Positions 9,297-18,464 of a stretch of DNA of 57,838 nucleotides are shown here, piece by piece. The DNA is from Bacteroidota bacterium (GTDB lineage: Bacteria > Bacteroidota > Ignavibacteria > UBA10030): the NCBI GenBank assembly GCA_035506075.1, contig DATJQB010000144.1, forward strand, positions 1 to 57,838, in the 5' to 3' direction. Position numbers and translations under genes: made by a program. Below the pieces are notes generated by a model. The model was not told where the DNA came from. It ran no database searches and worked only from the letters and a program-made list of their open reading frames with translations. Position 1 is the stretch's first letter. Every line of letters begins with the position of its first letter.

Positions 9297-11681
9297 ATGC
9301 GATTCACAATCGTTTTCATAGTGCTGATGGTCGTTTCGTTTCCGTCCCGGGCATTCAGCGCGGGCACGGGCAGCGATCGCGTGATGATCCAGAATGAGTT
9401 TCTCAGGGTGGTGGTCGAACAATCCGGTGATGGCTTTCACGAGTCCTACTTCGTCAAGAAGGGGAACTCGTGGATCGAGCTGCTCGAAGCGGGAAGCCCG
9501 GTGCGTCCCGATCCCTTCGTCCGGCAGGATGGGCGGGCGGTTAAGCTGACGGCGCCGACAGTATCACAGGAGCCGGGAAAACAGCAGATCGTTATCGTTC
9601 GTCATGGGCCTGGCAACGCGGTGAGCTTCAAGTCCATCACTCTAGTGCCAAAAGAACACCGGGCTCATGTTACGTACGCCTACAGAACAGGCGGAAGTGT
9701 CGTTCTCGACGGATTCTGGTCAACGTACTCGTTCACGCCGGCGGGCAAGCGGTTCAAGGAATACCGGCCCCTCGATTTCGTCTGGACACCACAGCTTCGT
9801 CCCGAAGGTGAGCAGATTATTGCGGATCACACGTTCCGGTCACCCGCGCTGATGATGCAGAAGGACGGATATTTTGCGGCGCTGGTCCCCGTGCTGTCTG
9901 ATGTCGATGGGAGGGGAAGAAGGATCCGGACTGCGGCGGATTTGGAGGTAGAGACAGCCGACCGGCCGTTCTTTTCCATAGGGCTGCAGAACTGGATTGC
10001 AGAGCCGTATGCGCGTCGCAACACACACGTGTTCTATGATGCCCCGGATTCCCTTGCGCCGCTGCTCGGCGACACGACGGTGACGATGAACTACTTGCTC
10101 TTCTTGCGATCGGATGCACCGAAGCGGGAGGGGTACCGTGAGGTCGTGCGGTACCACTGGGCGACATCAGGAGAAGCCTGGATGCAGAGGGCAACGAGTC
10201 CGCAGGTTGAGCCGTTTTCAGCCTACATACAGAAGGCCTGGTATCAATTCGTCCCGCAGGTTGCGCTCGACACTCAGTACCGGGGCACGCCGGTCACGCT
10301 GCTTCGCCAGGCGCGTCTTGCATGGAGCAATCAGCTTCCGAAGTCAGCGGACAATGACAGCTGGTTCAACGTCTGGTTCAACGCGCTCCGCACGGCTTAC
10401 GGGATGTTTCTGCATGGAAAAGCTGTTCACGATGAGCACCTGATGCGGCAGGCTAGGCAGGTGTTGAACCTCGCCCTCCTCGCGCCGCAGCAGCGCGGAA
10501 TTGCTCCATCGATCTTCTACCTCGACAGCGCCGGCGGACATTGGGTTGCCGATCACGCGTGGGGAGGAATTGACGGCGGGCGTGACTTTGCAATGTTCCA
10601 CAATGCGTGGACCTGTTACTGGCTCCTGCAGTGGATTGATCTCGTTCCCGAACGGAAGCCCCAGATTCTCAGATACACAATGTCGTTTGCGGATTTTCTG
10701 CTGCGCAACCAGCATCGTAACGGAGTGATTCCGTCATGGTACGATCCGGAGACCTTGAAGCCTGTCGAAACATTCCGCGATGAGAATGCAGAGACAGCAG
10801 GAGCGGCACTGTTTCTCGCAGAGTTCGCAGCCCGCACAAAGCAAAGCCGTTATGCCGTGGGAGCTGAACATGCGATGCAGTACATCTTCACACACGTTCT
10901 CCCTGAGCGAAAGTGGTTCGACTTTGAGACGTTCTTTTCCTGTTCACGGAAGCCGGTCGGGTTTTACGATTCGTTTACACAACAGAATCCGCAAAATACA
11001 CTTTCCATGCACCAGGCGGCTGAAGCATGCTACGCTCTCTATAGGCTGACAGGAAAGAACATGTACAAAGATCGCGGCACGGCGATCATGGACTATCTTT
11101 GTTTGTATCAGCAAGTGTGGAGCCCGCGCTGGCTTTCGAAGGAACTGTTCGGTGGGTTCGGTGTTCAGAACACCGACGCGGAGTGGAGCGATTCCCGGCA
11201 AGGATATTTCGCGGTGACCCTCATGAAGTACTATGAATTGACGGGTCAAAAGGAATACTTCGAACGGGGAGTCGCGGCCCTCAGGGCGATGTTCTCTCTC
11301 TTTGAGTCTCCGACATCACCCCGAACGGCAGAAAACTATGGCCATTCCGGCTCTGACCGCCCGGCCGGTGTGACTGGACTTCACTGGGGAACTGGAAGCT
11401 CGGTCGTTTCAATTCATCTCATCACCCGGCAGTACGGAGACGCCTATGTCGACGTGAAGGGGAAATGGGGCGTTGGAATCGACGGATGCAGGATACCGGC
11501 GGTGACGGTGTCTGGCACGACGATCGAAGTTGAAGTGATCAACAATCTGGCAACCGCCCGAACAATCAAGCTGAAGTTCGGCAACGCGTCCAAAACGGCG
11601 TACAATGTCATCGTGAACAAAAAGCCGATGGGCCGCATCAAGGCAGCAGTGTTGAAGGAAGGAATTGATGTTGCTCTCTAG
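9297..11681 (+). CDS. Secreted hypothetical protein (794 aa), possibly an (alpha/alpha)-barrel glycan-active enzyme
   Basis: In-frame ATG 9297 gives a Sec signal MRFTIVFIVLMVVSFPSRAFSAG. The track ORF's earlier start at 9198 overlaps the previous gene. The helix-rich middle and C-terminal regions (ETAGAALFLAEFAA, AAEACYALYRLTGKNMY, FAVTLMKYYELTGQKEYFERG) suggest a six-hairpin-like fold. No family was recognised. Confidence 0.6.
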   Translation: MRFTIVFIVLMVVSFPSRAFSAGTGSDRVMIQNEFLRVVVEQSGDGFHESYFVKKGNSWIELLEAGSPVRPDPFVRQDGRAVKLTAPTVSQEPGKQQIVIVRHGPGNAVSFKSITLVPKEHRAHVTYAYRTGGSVVLDGFWSTYSFTPAGKRFKEYRPLDFVWTPQLRPEGEQIIADHTFRSPALMMQKDGYFAALVPVLSDVDGRGRRIRTAADLEVETADRPFFSIGLQNWIAEPYARRNTHVFYDAPDSLAPLLGDTTVTMNYLLFLRSDAPKREGYREVVRYHWATSGEAWMQRATSPQVEPFSAYIQKAWYQFVPQVALDTQYRGTPVTLLRQARLAWSNQLPKSADNDSWFNVWFNALRTAYGMFLHGKAVHDEHLMRQARQVLNLALLAPQQRGIAPSIFYLDSAGGHWVADHAWGGIDGGRDFAMFHNAWTCYWLLQWIDLVPERKPQILRYTMSFADFLLRNQHRNGVIPSWYDPETLKPVETFRDENAETAGAALFLAEFAARTKQSRYAVGAEHAMQYIFTHVLPERKWFDFETFFSCSRKPVGFYDSFTQQNPQNTLSMHQAAEACYALYRLTGKNMYKDRGTAIMDYLCLYQQVWSPRWLSKELFGGFGVQNTDAEWSDSRQGYFAVTLMKYYELTGQKEYFERGVAALRAMFSLFESPTSPRTAENYGHSGSDRPAGVTGLHWGTGSSVVSIHLITRQYGDAYVDVKGKWGVGIDGCRIPAVTVSGTTIEVEVINNLATARTIKLKFGNASKTAYNVIVNKKPMGRIKAAVLKEGIDVAL

Positions 11682-12741
11682 ACTTTCAACAAAGAACCCG
11701 GATACGCGAGCGCACGGCTTGGCGGGACCGGAGAGCACCGGACGCGGCGGTCGCGATCGTGTCGCCCTAGCGTTGTGCCTTCTTCTTTGTGCACTCGTTC
11801 AAACTGCTTCAGCGAGGCAGGACACGGTGTACATGTCCGTTTTGAACTCGCGTAAACATCGCCTCGGGGCCATGGATAATCCGACCGTCGGGCTCTTCGT
11901 CAGCACCGATGCCGGTGCGACGTGGCAGCACAAGGGATGGACCGGTTACATTCGAACATTCTACACCGAGTCGGGTTCGGACGGAGTTCTGTGGTCCGCC
12001 TGCGGTAATGGAGTGCTTCGTTCGTCGGATCACGGCAGCCATTGGCGTATCACGAGTGGATGGGAAATCACCGAGGTGCTGAAAGTGAAAGTCGATCCCT
12101 CCGATCCTTCGACAGTCTACGCCGCGACAGCGTATGGCGTGTTCAAGACGACCAACAGCGGTGAATCGTGGTCGGAGCAGAACAACGGATTCCTGAAGCC
12201 GTTCGTTTCCGATATTGTCGTTGATCGGGGTAATTCAAAGAAATTGTTTGCTGCAAGCGAAGACGGCATCTATGCGAGCACGAACGGCGGCGCACAGTGG
12301 CGCCTCTGCGGTCTGAATGGAAAAGGAATCCGGACGATCCTCCAGCATCCAGCGGATCCGAAGACATTCTTTGCTGGGACGGAGGACGACGGGGTGTTCA
12401 TGTCGCGCGATGGCGGGACAACCTGGCTGCAATCCAATGCGGGTTTGACGCAACAGACGGTCTACACGATTGCGTGCGATCGTTCGACTCCCGACATCCT
12501 TTTTGTTGGAACACACGGCGGGGGAGTCTATCGCTCTGCCGATCGGGGGAAGACCTGGAAGCCGTGCATCCTCGGGCTGGAGAATCTCGTCGTGCATACG
12601 CTCGCAATTCTTCCCACGAACCCCTCGACGCTCTTTGCCGGGACGCTGAACGGAGGATTGTTCCGCAGCACGGACGGTGGAGCACACTGGTCCTTCAACA
12701 GTCAGGAAGAAGGCCAGGTCTGGGGACTTTCAGTGCAATGA
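11668..12741 (+). CDS. Asp-box (BNR) beta-propeller protein, paralogue A
   Basis: ATG 11668 follows GAAGGAAGGA and overlaps the upstream gene's end by 14 nt. A hydrophobic segment VALALCLLLCALVQTASA is present. There are seven S-x-D-x-G-x-x-W boxes: STDAGATW, SSDHGSHW, TTNSGESW, STNGGAQW, SRDGGTTW, SADRGKTW, STDGGAHW. Confidence 0.8.
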   Translation: MLLSRLSTKNPDTRAHGLAGPESTGRGGRDRVALALCLLLCALVQTASARQDTVYMSVLNSRKHRLGAMDNPTVGLFVSTDAGATWQHKGWTGYIRTFYTESGSDGVLWSACGNGVLRSSDHGSHWRITSGWEITEVLKVKVDPSDPSTVYAATAYGVFKTTNSGESWSEQNNGFLKPFVSDIVVDRGNSKKLFAASEDGIYASTNGGAQWRLCGLNGKGIRTILQHPADPKTFFAGTEDDGVFMSRDGGTTWLQSNAGLTQQTVYTIACDRSTPDILFVGTHGGGVYRSADRGKTWKPCILGLENLVVHTLAILPTNPSTLFAGTLNGGLFRSTDGGAHWSFNSQEEGQVWGLSVQ

Positions 12742-12751
12742 AAAAGACCGG

Positions 12752-14563
12752 ATGATCAGAACCGCATTCATAGTGCTGGCTGGCCTCGTGCTGGGAGTTG
12801 GTACGCTCGCCTCCCAGACTGGGCAGACACCCGCAGCGCAGTTCGAGCAACGAAGGCAGCGACTGCTTGACGTTGTGAGCAAGGAGAGAGACCGCGGGTT
12901 CTTCACGGTGACGGCGAAGCTTGTCACGGGACACGACAGGGACTGGGCGATCGCGATGCTGGATTCGCTGACGACGGATGAGAGCATCGGAGGAATGTTC
13001 TATTCGTATTCGGCCATCGGCACCTATCTGCGCGTGAAGAATCTGCTTCCTGATTCGTTGAAACACAAAATCCGCAGAGCGTACCGGGAGCGGACAATGT
13101 ACCGCGGCGATACGGAAAACCACTGGGTGATGTACTACACGGGGCTCTATCTCGCTTCGCAGACGTGGCCAAACGAAGACCGGTCACAATGGTTCAACGG
13201 CAAAAGCTCCGCCGAGAATTTCCGTGAAGCGCAGTCCTGGCTCAACCAATGGATGAAAATCACTACGACGATCGGTCAGGGAGAGTTCGATTCGCCCACA
13301 TACTTCACCGTGTTCCTGACGCCGATGCTGACGCTGGCGGAGTTCGCTTCCGATCCGGTGATGAAGCGGAAAGCTGAAATGATGGTCGATTTCCTCCTTG
13401 CCGACTATGCCGTCGATCACCTTGAGGGAAATTACTGTGGGGGCCATTCGAGGGACTACCCGGAGGATATCGTCAACCCGCTGTCCGCCCCGGCAGCACT
13501 CTGGGCCTGGCTCTATTTCGGTGAGCCGAAGACCGAGCTCTGGACGGAAGCCCGCTACCGTCCGCGGTATCGCGGCGGATGGGAAACAGTGTTCGGTGCG
13601 ACAACGTCGTACCGTCTGCCCGAGATCATCTATCGTATCGCAACGGACCGGTCCACTCCATATGTTGCAACTGAAACCAAGCGCGTGCGCAACATCATTC
13701 GATTCAACCCGGAGAAGAACCCCCCGGTTTATAAGTATATGTACATGACCGGCTCGTACGCGTTGGGCTCACTCCAGGGGGGAATTCTGCAGCCGATACA
13801 GCAGCACACGTGGGATGTCACCTACGTTTCGGAGAAGCCCAATAACACGATCTTCACTCTTCATCCGTTTTATTCGGGCAAGGAACTGGCGATGTTTTTC
13901 CCGGAGGAACAGAAATTTCTTGCGGACGATGTGAATCGCTATCACATCGTTTACACCGATCCGAACAAATGGAATTCGAGCTCGCCGTACGAACAGACAT
14001 TCCAACACAAGAACGCAATCATCGTTCTCTATACCATCGACCCGGAGGCGCACCATTCCCACATCGACGGATTCTTCCCGAAGACGCTGGACGAGCGAAT
14101 CATCGACCCGTCAGGCTGGATCTTCTGTCGTGCGGACTCGGTCTATGTTGCGTTCTATCCCCTGAAAGCGTACGAGTGGATTGAGGAGAAAACAGACTGG
14201 CGGTGGCGGAGCCATGCGCTCAAGAATGGTGTTGTACTGGAAGCGGGATCCATGCAGGAGGACCGCTCGTTTGCGGAGTTTCAGAAACGAATGAGGGAGG
14301 GAAAACCGGAACTGCTGGAGAGCGATAAGGCGCTGACGGTGCGCTACCGGACCCGCAACGGCGATTCGATGACGTTTACCTACGGCGGTGAGCGGTTGCT
14401 GAACGGCAAATCGACGGACTTTCAATCCTACAAGCTTTTTAACGGTCCATTCATTCAAAGCGAGCGAGGCAGCGGGGTTGTCAGGATGATTGCACGCGGC
14501 AATGCGCTGGAGCTCGATTTCAATAAGGTGACAATCAGAGAGTGGAAACAATCAGATCGGTAA
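12752..14563 (+). CDS. Secreted ~600-aa protein X1, a divergent heparinase II/III-like toroid protein (tentative)
   Basis: ATG 12752 gives the signal MIRTAFIVLAGLVLGVGTLASQ. It is a clear paralogue of 16633..18453, sharing RGDTENHW, TTIGQGEFDSP.YF, LPEIIY, KRVRNIIRF, EKNPPVYKY, GSLQGGILQPIQQHTW, IDGFFP and ERIIDPSGWI. By-eye alignment of the N-H and E.D..Y motifs to the heparinase-like protein at 35201 is plausible but not verified. Confidence 0.65.
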   Translation: MIRTAFIVLAGLVLGVGTLASQTGQTPAAQFEQRRQRLLDVVSKERDRGFFTVTAKLVTGHDRDWAIAMLDSLTTDESIGGMFYSYSAIGTYLRVKNLLPDSLKHKIRRAYRERTMYRGDTENHWVMYYTGLYLASQTWPNEDRSQWFNGKSSAENFREAQSWLNQWMKITTTIGQGEFDSPTYFTVFLTPMLTLAEFASDPVMKRKAEMMVDFLLADYAVDHLEGNYCGGHSRDYPEDIVNPLSAPAALWAWLYFGEPKTELWTEARYRPRYRGGWETVFGATTSYRLPEIIYRIATDRSTPYVATETKRVRNIIRFNPEKNPPVYKYMYMTGSYALGSLQGGILQPIQQHTWDVTYVSEKPNNTIFTLHPFYSGKELAMFFPEEQKFLADDVNRYHIVYTDPNKWNSSSPYEQTFQHKNAIIVLYTIDPEAHHSHIDGFFPKTLDERIIDPSGWIFCRADSVYVAFYPLKAYEWIEEKTDWRWRSHALKNGVVLEAGSMQEDRSFAEFQKRMREGKPELLESDKALTVRYRTRNGDSMTFTYGGERLLNGKSTDFQSYKLFNGPFIQSERGSGVVRMIARGNALELDFNKVTIREWKQSDR

Positions 14564-14565
14564 CA

Positions 14566-15564
14566 ATGTTGGCCGCTGTGCTGATCCTCGGCGGCTTTTC
14601 AGGACGGTCCGGAGTGAACGGGCCGGGCTCTCAACCCAAACCGCTCCGCTATTATGCCGCGGTGTTCCTGAACCGCGGGCATGTGTCCGGGAGTCCCACG
14701 AGCCACGTGGGTCTCTATCGCAGAGATGATGCCGACACTTCGTGGACGAATCTCTATCATACGAACCTCCTGACGTTCGGCATGGGGATCTGGCAAAAGG
14801 GAACAACCGAACGCAGGTACCTTTGCATGGGCAACGGCCTGCACCGGTCGGAGGATGGCGGCCTCACGTGGCGCGTTCTGACGAGCTGGCAAACGGAGGA
14901 GGTGCTCTCTGTAGCCCTTGATCCAAGGGATTCAGCGCTCATCTACATCTCGACACCGTTCGGCATCTACAAATCGACCGATGACGGTGCTCATTGGATC
15001 AAGAAAATGGATGGGATGAAGAGATGGTTTGTGAAGAGGCTGCTCATGGATCACGCCAATCCCGATGTTCTCTACGCCGGAGCGGAAGACGATCTCTACC
15101 GCTCGACCGATCGGGGCGAGCACTGGATGCCACTGCACGTCGGAGTCGAGATGATCGAAGTGGTCATACAGGATCCTGTTGATGGAAGACGGCTGCTCGT
15201 CGGTACGGAGGATGATGGTGTCCGGGTGACGACAGACGGCGGCAAAACATGGATGGCCGGAAAAGGCCTGCCGAAGACAGCCTTCTATGGATTGTGCGCT
15301 TCCCCCGATGGCCGGACAATCTACACGGGGGGATTTCAAACAGGACTCTGGAAAAGTGTGGATGGAGGGTTGTCGTGGAGTCTTCTCTGGCAGGGGGCTG
15401 ATATCGAGGCGATCTTCACGATCTTCGTCAATCCGGACGACGCTCGCCATATCCTCCTGGGGACGAGCGGTCAGGGAATGTTTGAATCGTTCGATGCCGG
15501 GGCAACCTGGCGGTATGCAGGCATGAGGGGCTGTCACATCAAACAAATCGCTCTCTATCCTTGA
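14566..15564 (+). CDS. Asp-box (BNR) beta-propeller protein, paralogue B
   Basis: ATG 14566 lies immediately after the upstream TAA (the track start GTG 14542 overlaps that gene). It has a signal-like MLAAVLILGGFSG and six Asp-boxes: SEDGGLTW, STDDGAHW, STDRGEHW, TTDGGKTW, SVDGGLSW, SFDAGATW. Confidence 0.8.
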   Translation: MLAAVLILGGFSGRSGVNGPGSQPKPLRYYAAVFLNRGHVSGSPTSHVGLYRRDDADTSWTNLYHTNLLTFGMGIWQKGTTERRYLCMGNGLHRSEDGGLTWRVLTSWQTEEVLSVALDPRDSALIYISTPFGIYKSTDDGAHWIKKMDGMKRWFVKRLLMDHANPDVLYAGAEDDLYRSTDRGEHWMPLHVGVEMIEVVIQDPVDGRRLLVGTEDDGVRVTTDGGKTWMAGKGLPKTAFYGLCASPDGRTIYTGGFQTGLWKSVDGGLSWSLLWQGADIEAIFTIFVNPDDARHILLGTSGQGMFESFDAGATWRYAGMRGCHIKQIALYP

Positions 15565-15608
15565 TCTCATTCTCAAGGATGTTTCGTACAAGAAATCTCA
15601 GGTGTCTG

Positions 15609-16616
15609 ATGAAATCACAATGGTATGTCTGGCTCTTCTGTCTTGTCGTTCTGGTCCCGTCGACGATGTTCGCTCAGCATTCGACGGTCTATGCTTCCGT
15701 TCTTTCAACCAAACTCTTCGTTGTCGGTGCAGCGAATCCGGAAACGGGACTCTACCTGCAATCGCAGCCGACGACGGATACGATCTGGCATCACGTCGGA
15801 CCAAAAACGATCCGGGATTTCGGCCTGGCGGTTTATTCCCCTTCGAAAGGACAGATCATCTGTCTTGCCTCCGGGAACGGAGTGCATCGAACGACCGACG
15901 GAGGGAAGACATGGAAGATCACAAGCGGCTGGGAGATCACCGAAGTCCTCTGCGTCACGATTGACCGGAACGATCCCAACATCATTTATTGCGGTACGCC
16001 GTACGGTGTGTTCAGGACCCTTGATGGCGGGACCACGTGGGTGGAATGCACGAACGGGATAAAAGAGAAATTTACCTCGTCGGTCATCATCGATGCGGCA
16101 AATCCCGCGGTGTTGTACTGTGCCACCGAGGGGGGCGTCTACCGGAGCGACGATCGAGGAACGACGTGGATGCGAACCGGGCTCAGTGTGGGGGGAGTAC
16201 GCGTTGTGGTTCAGAATCCCAAAGACCCGACAATGCTTGTTGCCGGAACTGATGACTACGGCATCTACATCACACATAACACGGGCCGGTACTGGGAGAA
16301 AACCGAGGCCGGCCTTGATCATCAGACATTTTACTCGATCGCGTTCGATCCATCGAATCCGAAAGTCCTCTTTGCAGGAGGTTATGTCACAGGTGTTTAC
16401 AAATCTGTGGATGGCGGGGTGAGTTGGGCCAGGAAAAACACCGGCATCTCAGTGCTCAACATCCATTCGATTGCCGTCGACCCCACGAACAGCAACCGTG
16501 TGTTCGCCGGGTCAATGTGGGGAGGGCTCTTCCGGTCGGAGGATGGGGGAGAAACCTGGAATAAAGCGGGTCTGACCGGCTCTCAGGTCTGGCAAATTGT
16601 TGTGGAACCATACTAA
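15609..16616 (+). CDS. Asp-box (BNR) beta-propeller protein, paralogue C
   Basis: ATG 15609 gives the signal MKSQWYVWLFCLVVLVPSTMFAQ (alternative starts are 15561 TTG and 15579 ATG). Asp-boxes are TTDGGKTW, TLDGGTTW, SDDRGTTW, SVDGGVSW and SEDGGETW, plus a degenerate HNTGRYW. The blade GWEITEVLCVTIDRNDPNIIYCGTPYGVF matches paralogue A. Confidence 0.8.
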   Translation: MKSQWYVWLFCLVVLVPSTMFAQHSTVYASVLSTKLFVVGAANPETGLYLQSQPTTDTIWHHVGPKTIRDFGLAVYSPSKGQIICLASGNGVHRTTDGGKTWKITSGWEITEVLCVTIDRNDPNIIYCGTPYGVFRTLDGGTTWVECTNGIKEKFTSSVIIDAANPAVLYCATEGGVYRSDDRGTTWMRTGLSVGGVRVVVQNPKDPTMLVAGTDDYGIYITHNTGRYWEKTEAGLDHQTFYSIAFDPSNPKVLFAGGYVTGVYKSVDGGVSWARKNTGISVLNIHSIAVDPTNSNRVFAGSMWGGLFRSEDGGETWNKAGLTGSQVWQIVVEPY

Positions 16617-16632
16617 CGAGGAAAACTGAACA

Positions 16633-18453
16633 ATGAAACGAACGACGTCTCTTCTTCTCCTGGTGATTTCTTTGTGTGCAGTATCGCATGCGCAGATGGT
16701 GGATCGGGCGACCTACCTGAAAGAATTTGAACAGCGCAGGGCTTTCGTGACGTCTATTTACGACACGATGCAGGCGCCGGGATATTACCAGATTGCCGTC
16801 CGGTATGCGCATAGCAAGGACATCGCCGTTGCCGACAAGATGTTCAAGGAGCTTCTTCGCGATCCGCGCGGCGACATGTTCTGGATGATTCCGTGCATCG
16901 GCGCATATCTCGTGGGCCGGGATAAGATGTCGGACGAGACGAGAGCCGTCGTCCGGAACGCCTGGAAAACGTACGCGCCGTACCGCGGCGACACCGAGAA
17001 TCACTGGTGCATGTACTATTCCTCGCTCTACCTGGCCGCGGAACAATGGCCCCACCTGCCGGGAAGCGAATGGTACAACGGAAAATCATCGGACGAAAAC
17101 CTTACCGAAGCACGGGAATATCTCATTCACTGGATGCAGATCGCCACAACGATTGGCCAGGGAGAATTCGACTCGCCCGACTATTTTCCCGAGTACGCAA
17201 TGCCCATGTTCCTGCTCACGGAATTTGCGCAGGACCCGGCCATGAAAACACGCGGCCGGATGATGCTCGATTTTATTTTCTCCGATTTTGCGACGGAACA
17301 CCTTGCGGGACAGTATATCGGCGGGTACAGCAGGATCTATCAGCCTGCGGTGTACAAGCCGCTCCTTTCCGGAGCATCGCAGTTCGCCTACCTGTATTTC
17401 GGCACTGGAGATCCGACGAATTCCGGATGGATTGTTCTTCCGGCGCTTACCTCGTACAAGCTTCCGGAGATCATCTACGACATAGCGCTCGATCGGACAA
17501 AGCCGTTCATCGAACGCGAACGGAAACGCGTGCGCAACGTCATCCGGTTCGGCTCCGAGAAAAATCCCCCCGTCTACAAATACTCGTACGTCACAAAAGA
17601 CTATGGTATTGGCTCTCTGCAGGGGGGCATCCTGCAGCCCATCCAGCAGCATACCTGGGGGGTACGCTATCTCTATGGAAAGCCATACACGACGATCTTT
17701 GGTTTGCACCCGTACTGGTCGGGATGGGAAGTCGGCATGTTCTTCCCGGAAGAAGTGAAAACCCTCATTGCCGATGTCGTCGCGTCGAAGGGAACGTACA
17801 ACAATCCGGACAAATGGACGGGTGGCTCGCCGTACGAACGCACGTTCCAGGAGAAGAACACGCTCATCGTGCTCTACGATATCAAACCGGGAACGCAAAC
17901 CGAACACATCGACGGATTCTTCCCGCGCAATCTTGAAGAACGAATCATTGACCCCTCCGGCTGGATCATCTGCAAGGCCGGCGACACCTACATCGGATGG
18001 TACCCGCTGCAGGAGTATGAGTGGAAGGAAGAGCTCGAGACACCGGCAAATTCCCTCAACGACATCGGCCGCCCGCAGCTCGAGCGCGTCAAAGAGACCG
18101 GTAACTGGCGGTTGAGGAGCTACAAACTCCAGAACGGCTACGTGATCGAGGTTCGGTCGAAGGATGAGATCGGATCGTTCGACACGTTCAAGGCTGAACT
18201 CAAATCTCATCTGCCGAAAGCCAACCTGACTCCCGGCGCCGTCTCTGTCCACTATACCACGCTGAACGGGGAAACAATGGATTTTGGCTTCCCCGAGAAG
18301 CGCACATTAAACGGCACCGCGGTCGATCTGTCCAAGACAAGACTCTTCGACGGGCCATTCCTCAGTTCGGATGTCGGAAGCGAAAAGCTGACGATCACAT
18401 ACAAATCCAAAAAGATGATCCTCGATTTCAAAGCAGTAACGATCGTTGAATAA
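16633..18453 (+). CDS. Secreted ~600-aa protein X2, paralogue of X1 (divergent heparinase II/III-like, tentative)
   Basis: It has the Sec signal MKRTTSLLLLVISLCAVSHAQ and is collinear with X1 over the whole length (motifs listed under X1). Confidence 0.65.
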   Translation: MKRTTSLLLLVISLCAVSHAQMVDRATYLKEFEQRRAFVTSIYDTMQAPGYYQIAVRYAHSKDIAVADKMFKELLRDPRGDMFWMIPCIGAYLVGRDKMSDETRAVVRNAWKTYAPYRGDTENHWCMYYSSLYLAAEQWPHLPGSEWYNGKSSDENLTEAREYLIHWMQIATTIGQGEFDSPDYFPEYAMPMFLLTEFAQDPAMKTRGRMMLDFIFSDFATEHLAGQYIGGYSRIYQPAVYKPLLSGASQFAYLYFGTGDPTNSGWIVLPALTSYKLPEIIYDIALDRTKPFIERERKRVRNVIRFGSEKNPPVYKYSYVTKDYGIGSLQGGILQPIQQHTWGVRYLYGKPYTTIFGLHPYWSGWEVGMFFPEEVKTLIADVVASKGTYNNPDKWTGGSPYERTFQEKNTLIVLYDIKPGTQTEHIDGFFPRNLEERIIDPSGWIICKAGDTYIGWYPLQEYEWKEELETPANSLNDIGRPQLERVKETGNWRLRSYKLQNGYVIEVRSKDEIGSFDTFKAELKSHLPKANLTPGAVSVHYTTLNGETMDFGFPEKRTLNGTAVDLSKTRLFDGPFLSSDVGSEKLTITYKSKKMILDFKAVTIVE

Positions 18454-18464
18454 GAACACTTCCC

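Noticed and set aside
17086-18252. A 388-aa minus-strand ORF lies inside X2. Similar long antisense ORFs are at 38388-39584, 41587-42663, 46349-47395, 34087-35037 and 54244-55230.
   Set aside because: Each is fully embedded antisense in a + strand gene that has strong motif or paralogue support. All have low-complexity Arg-rich composition and none has a plausible RBS.
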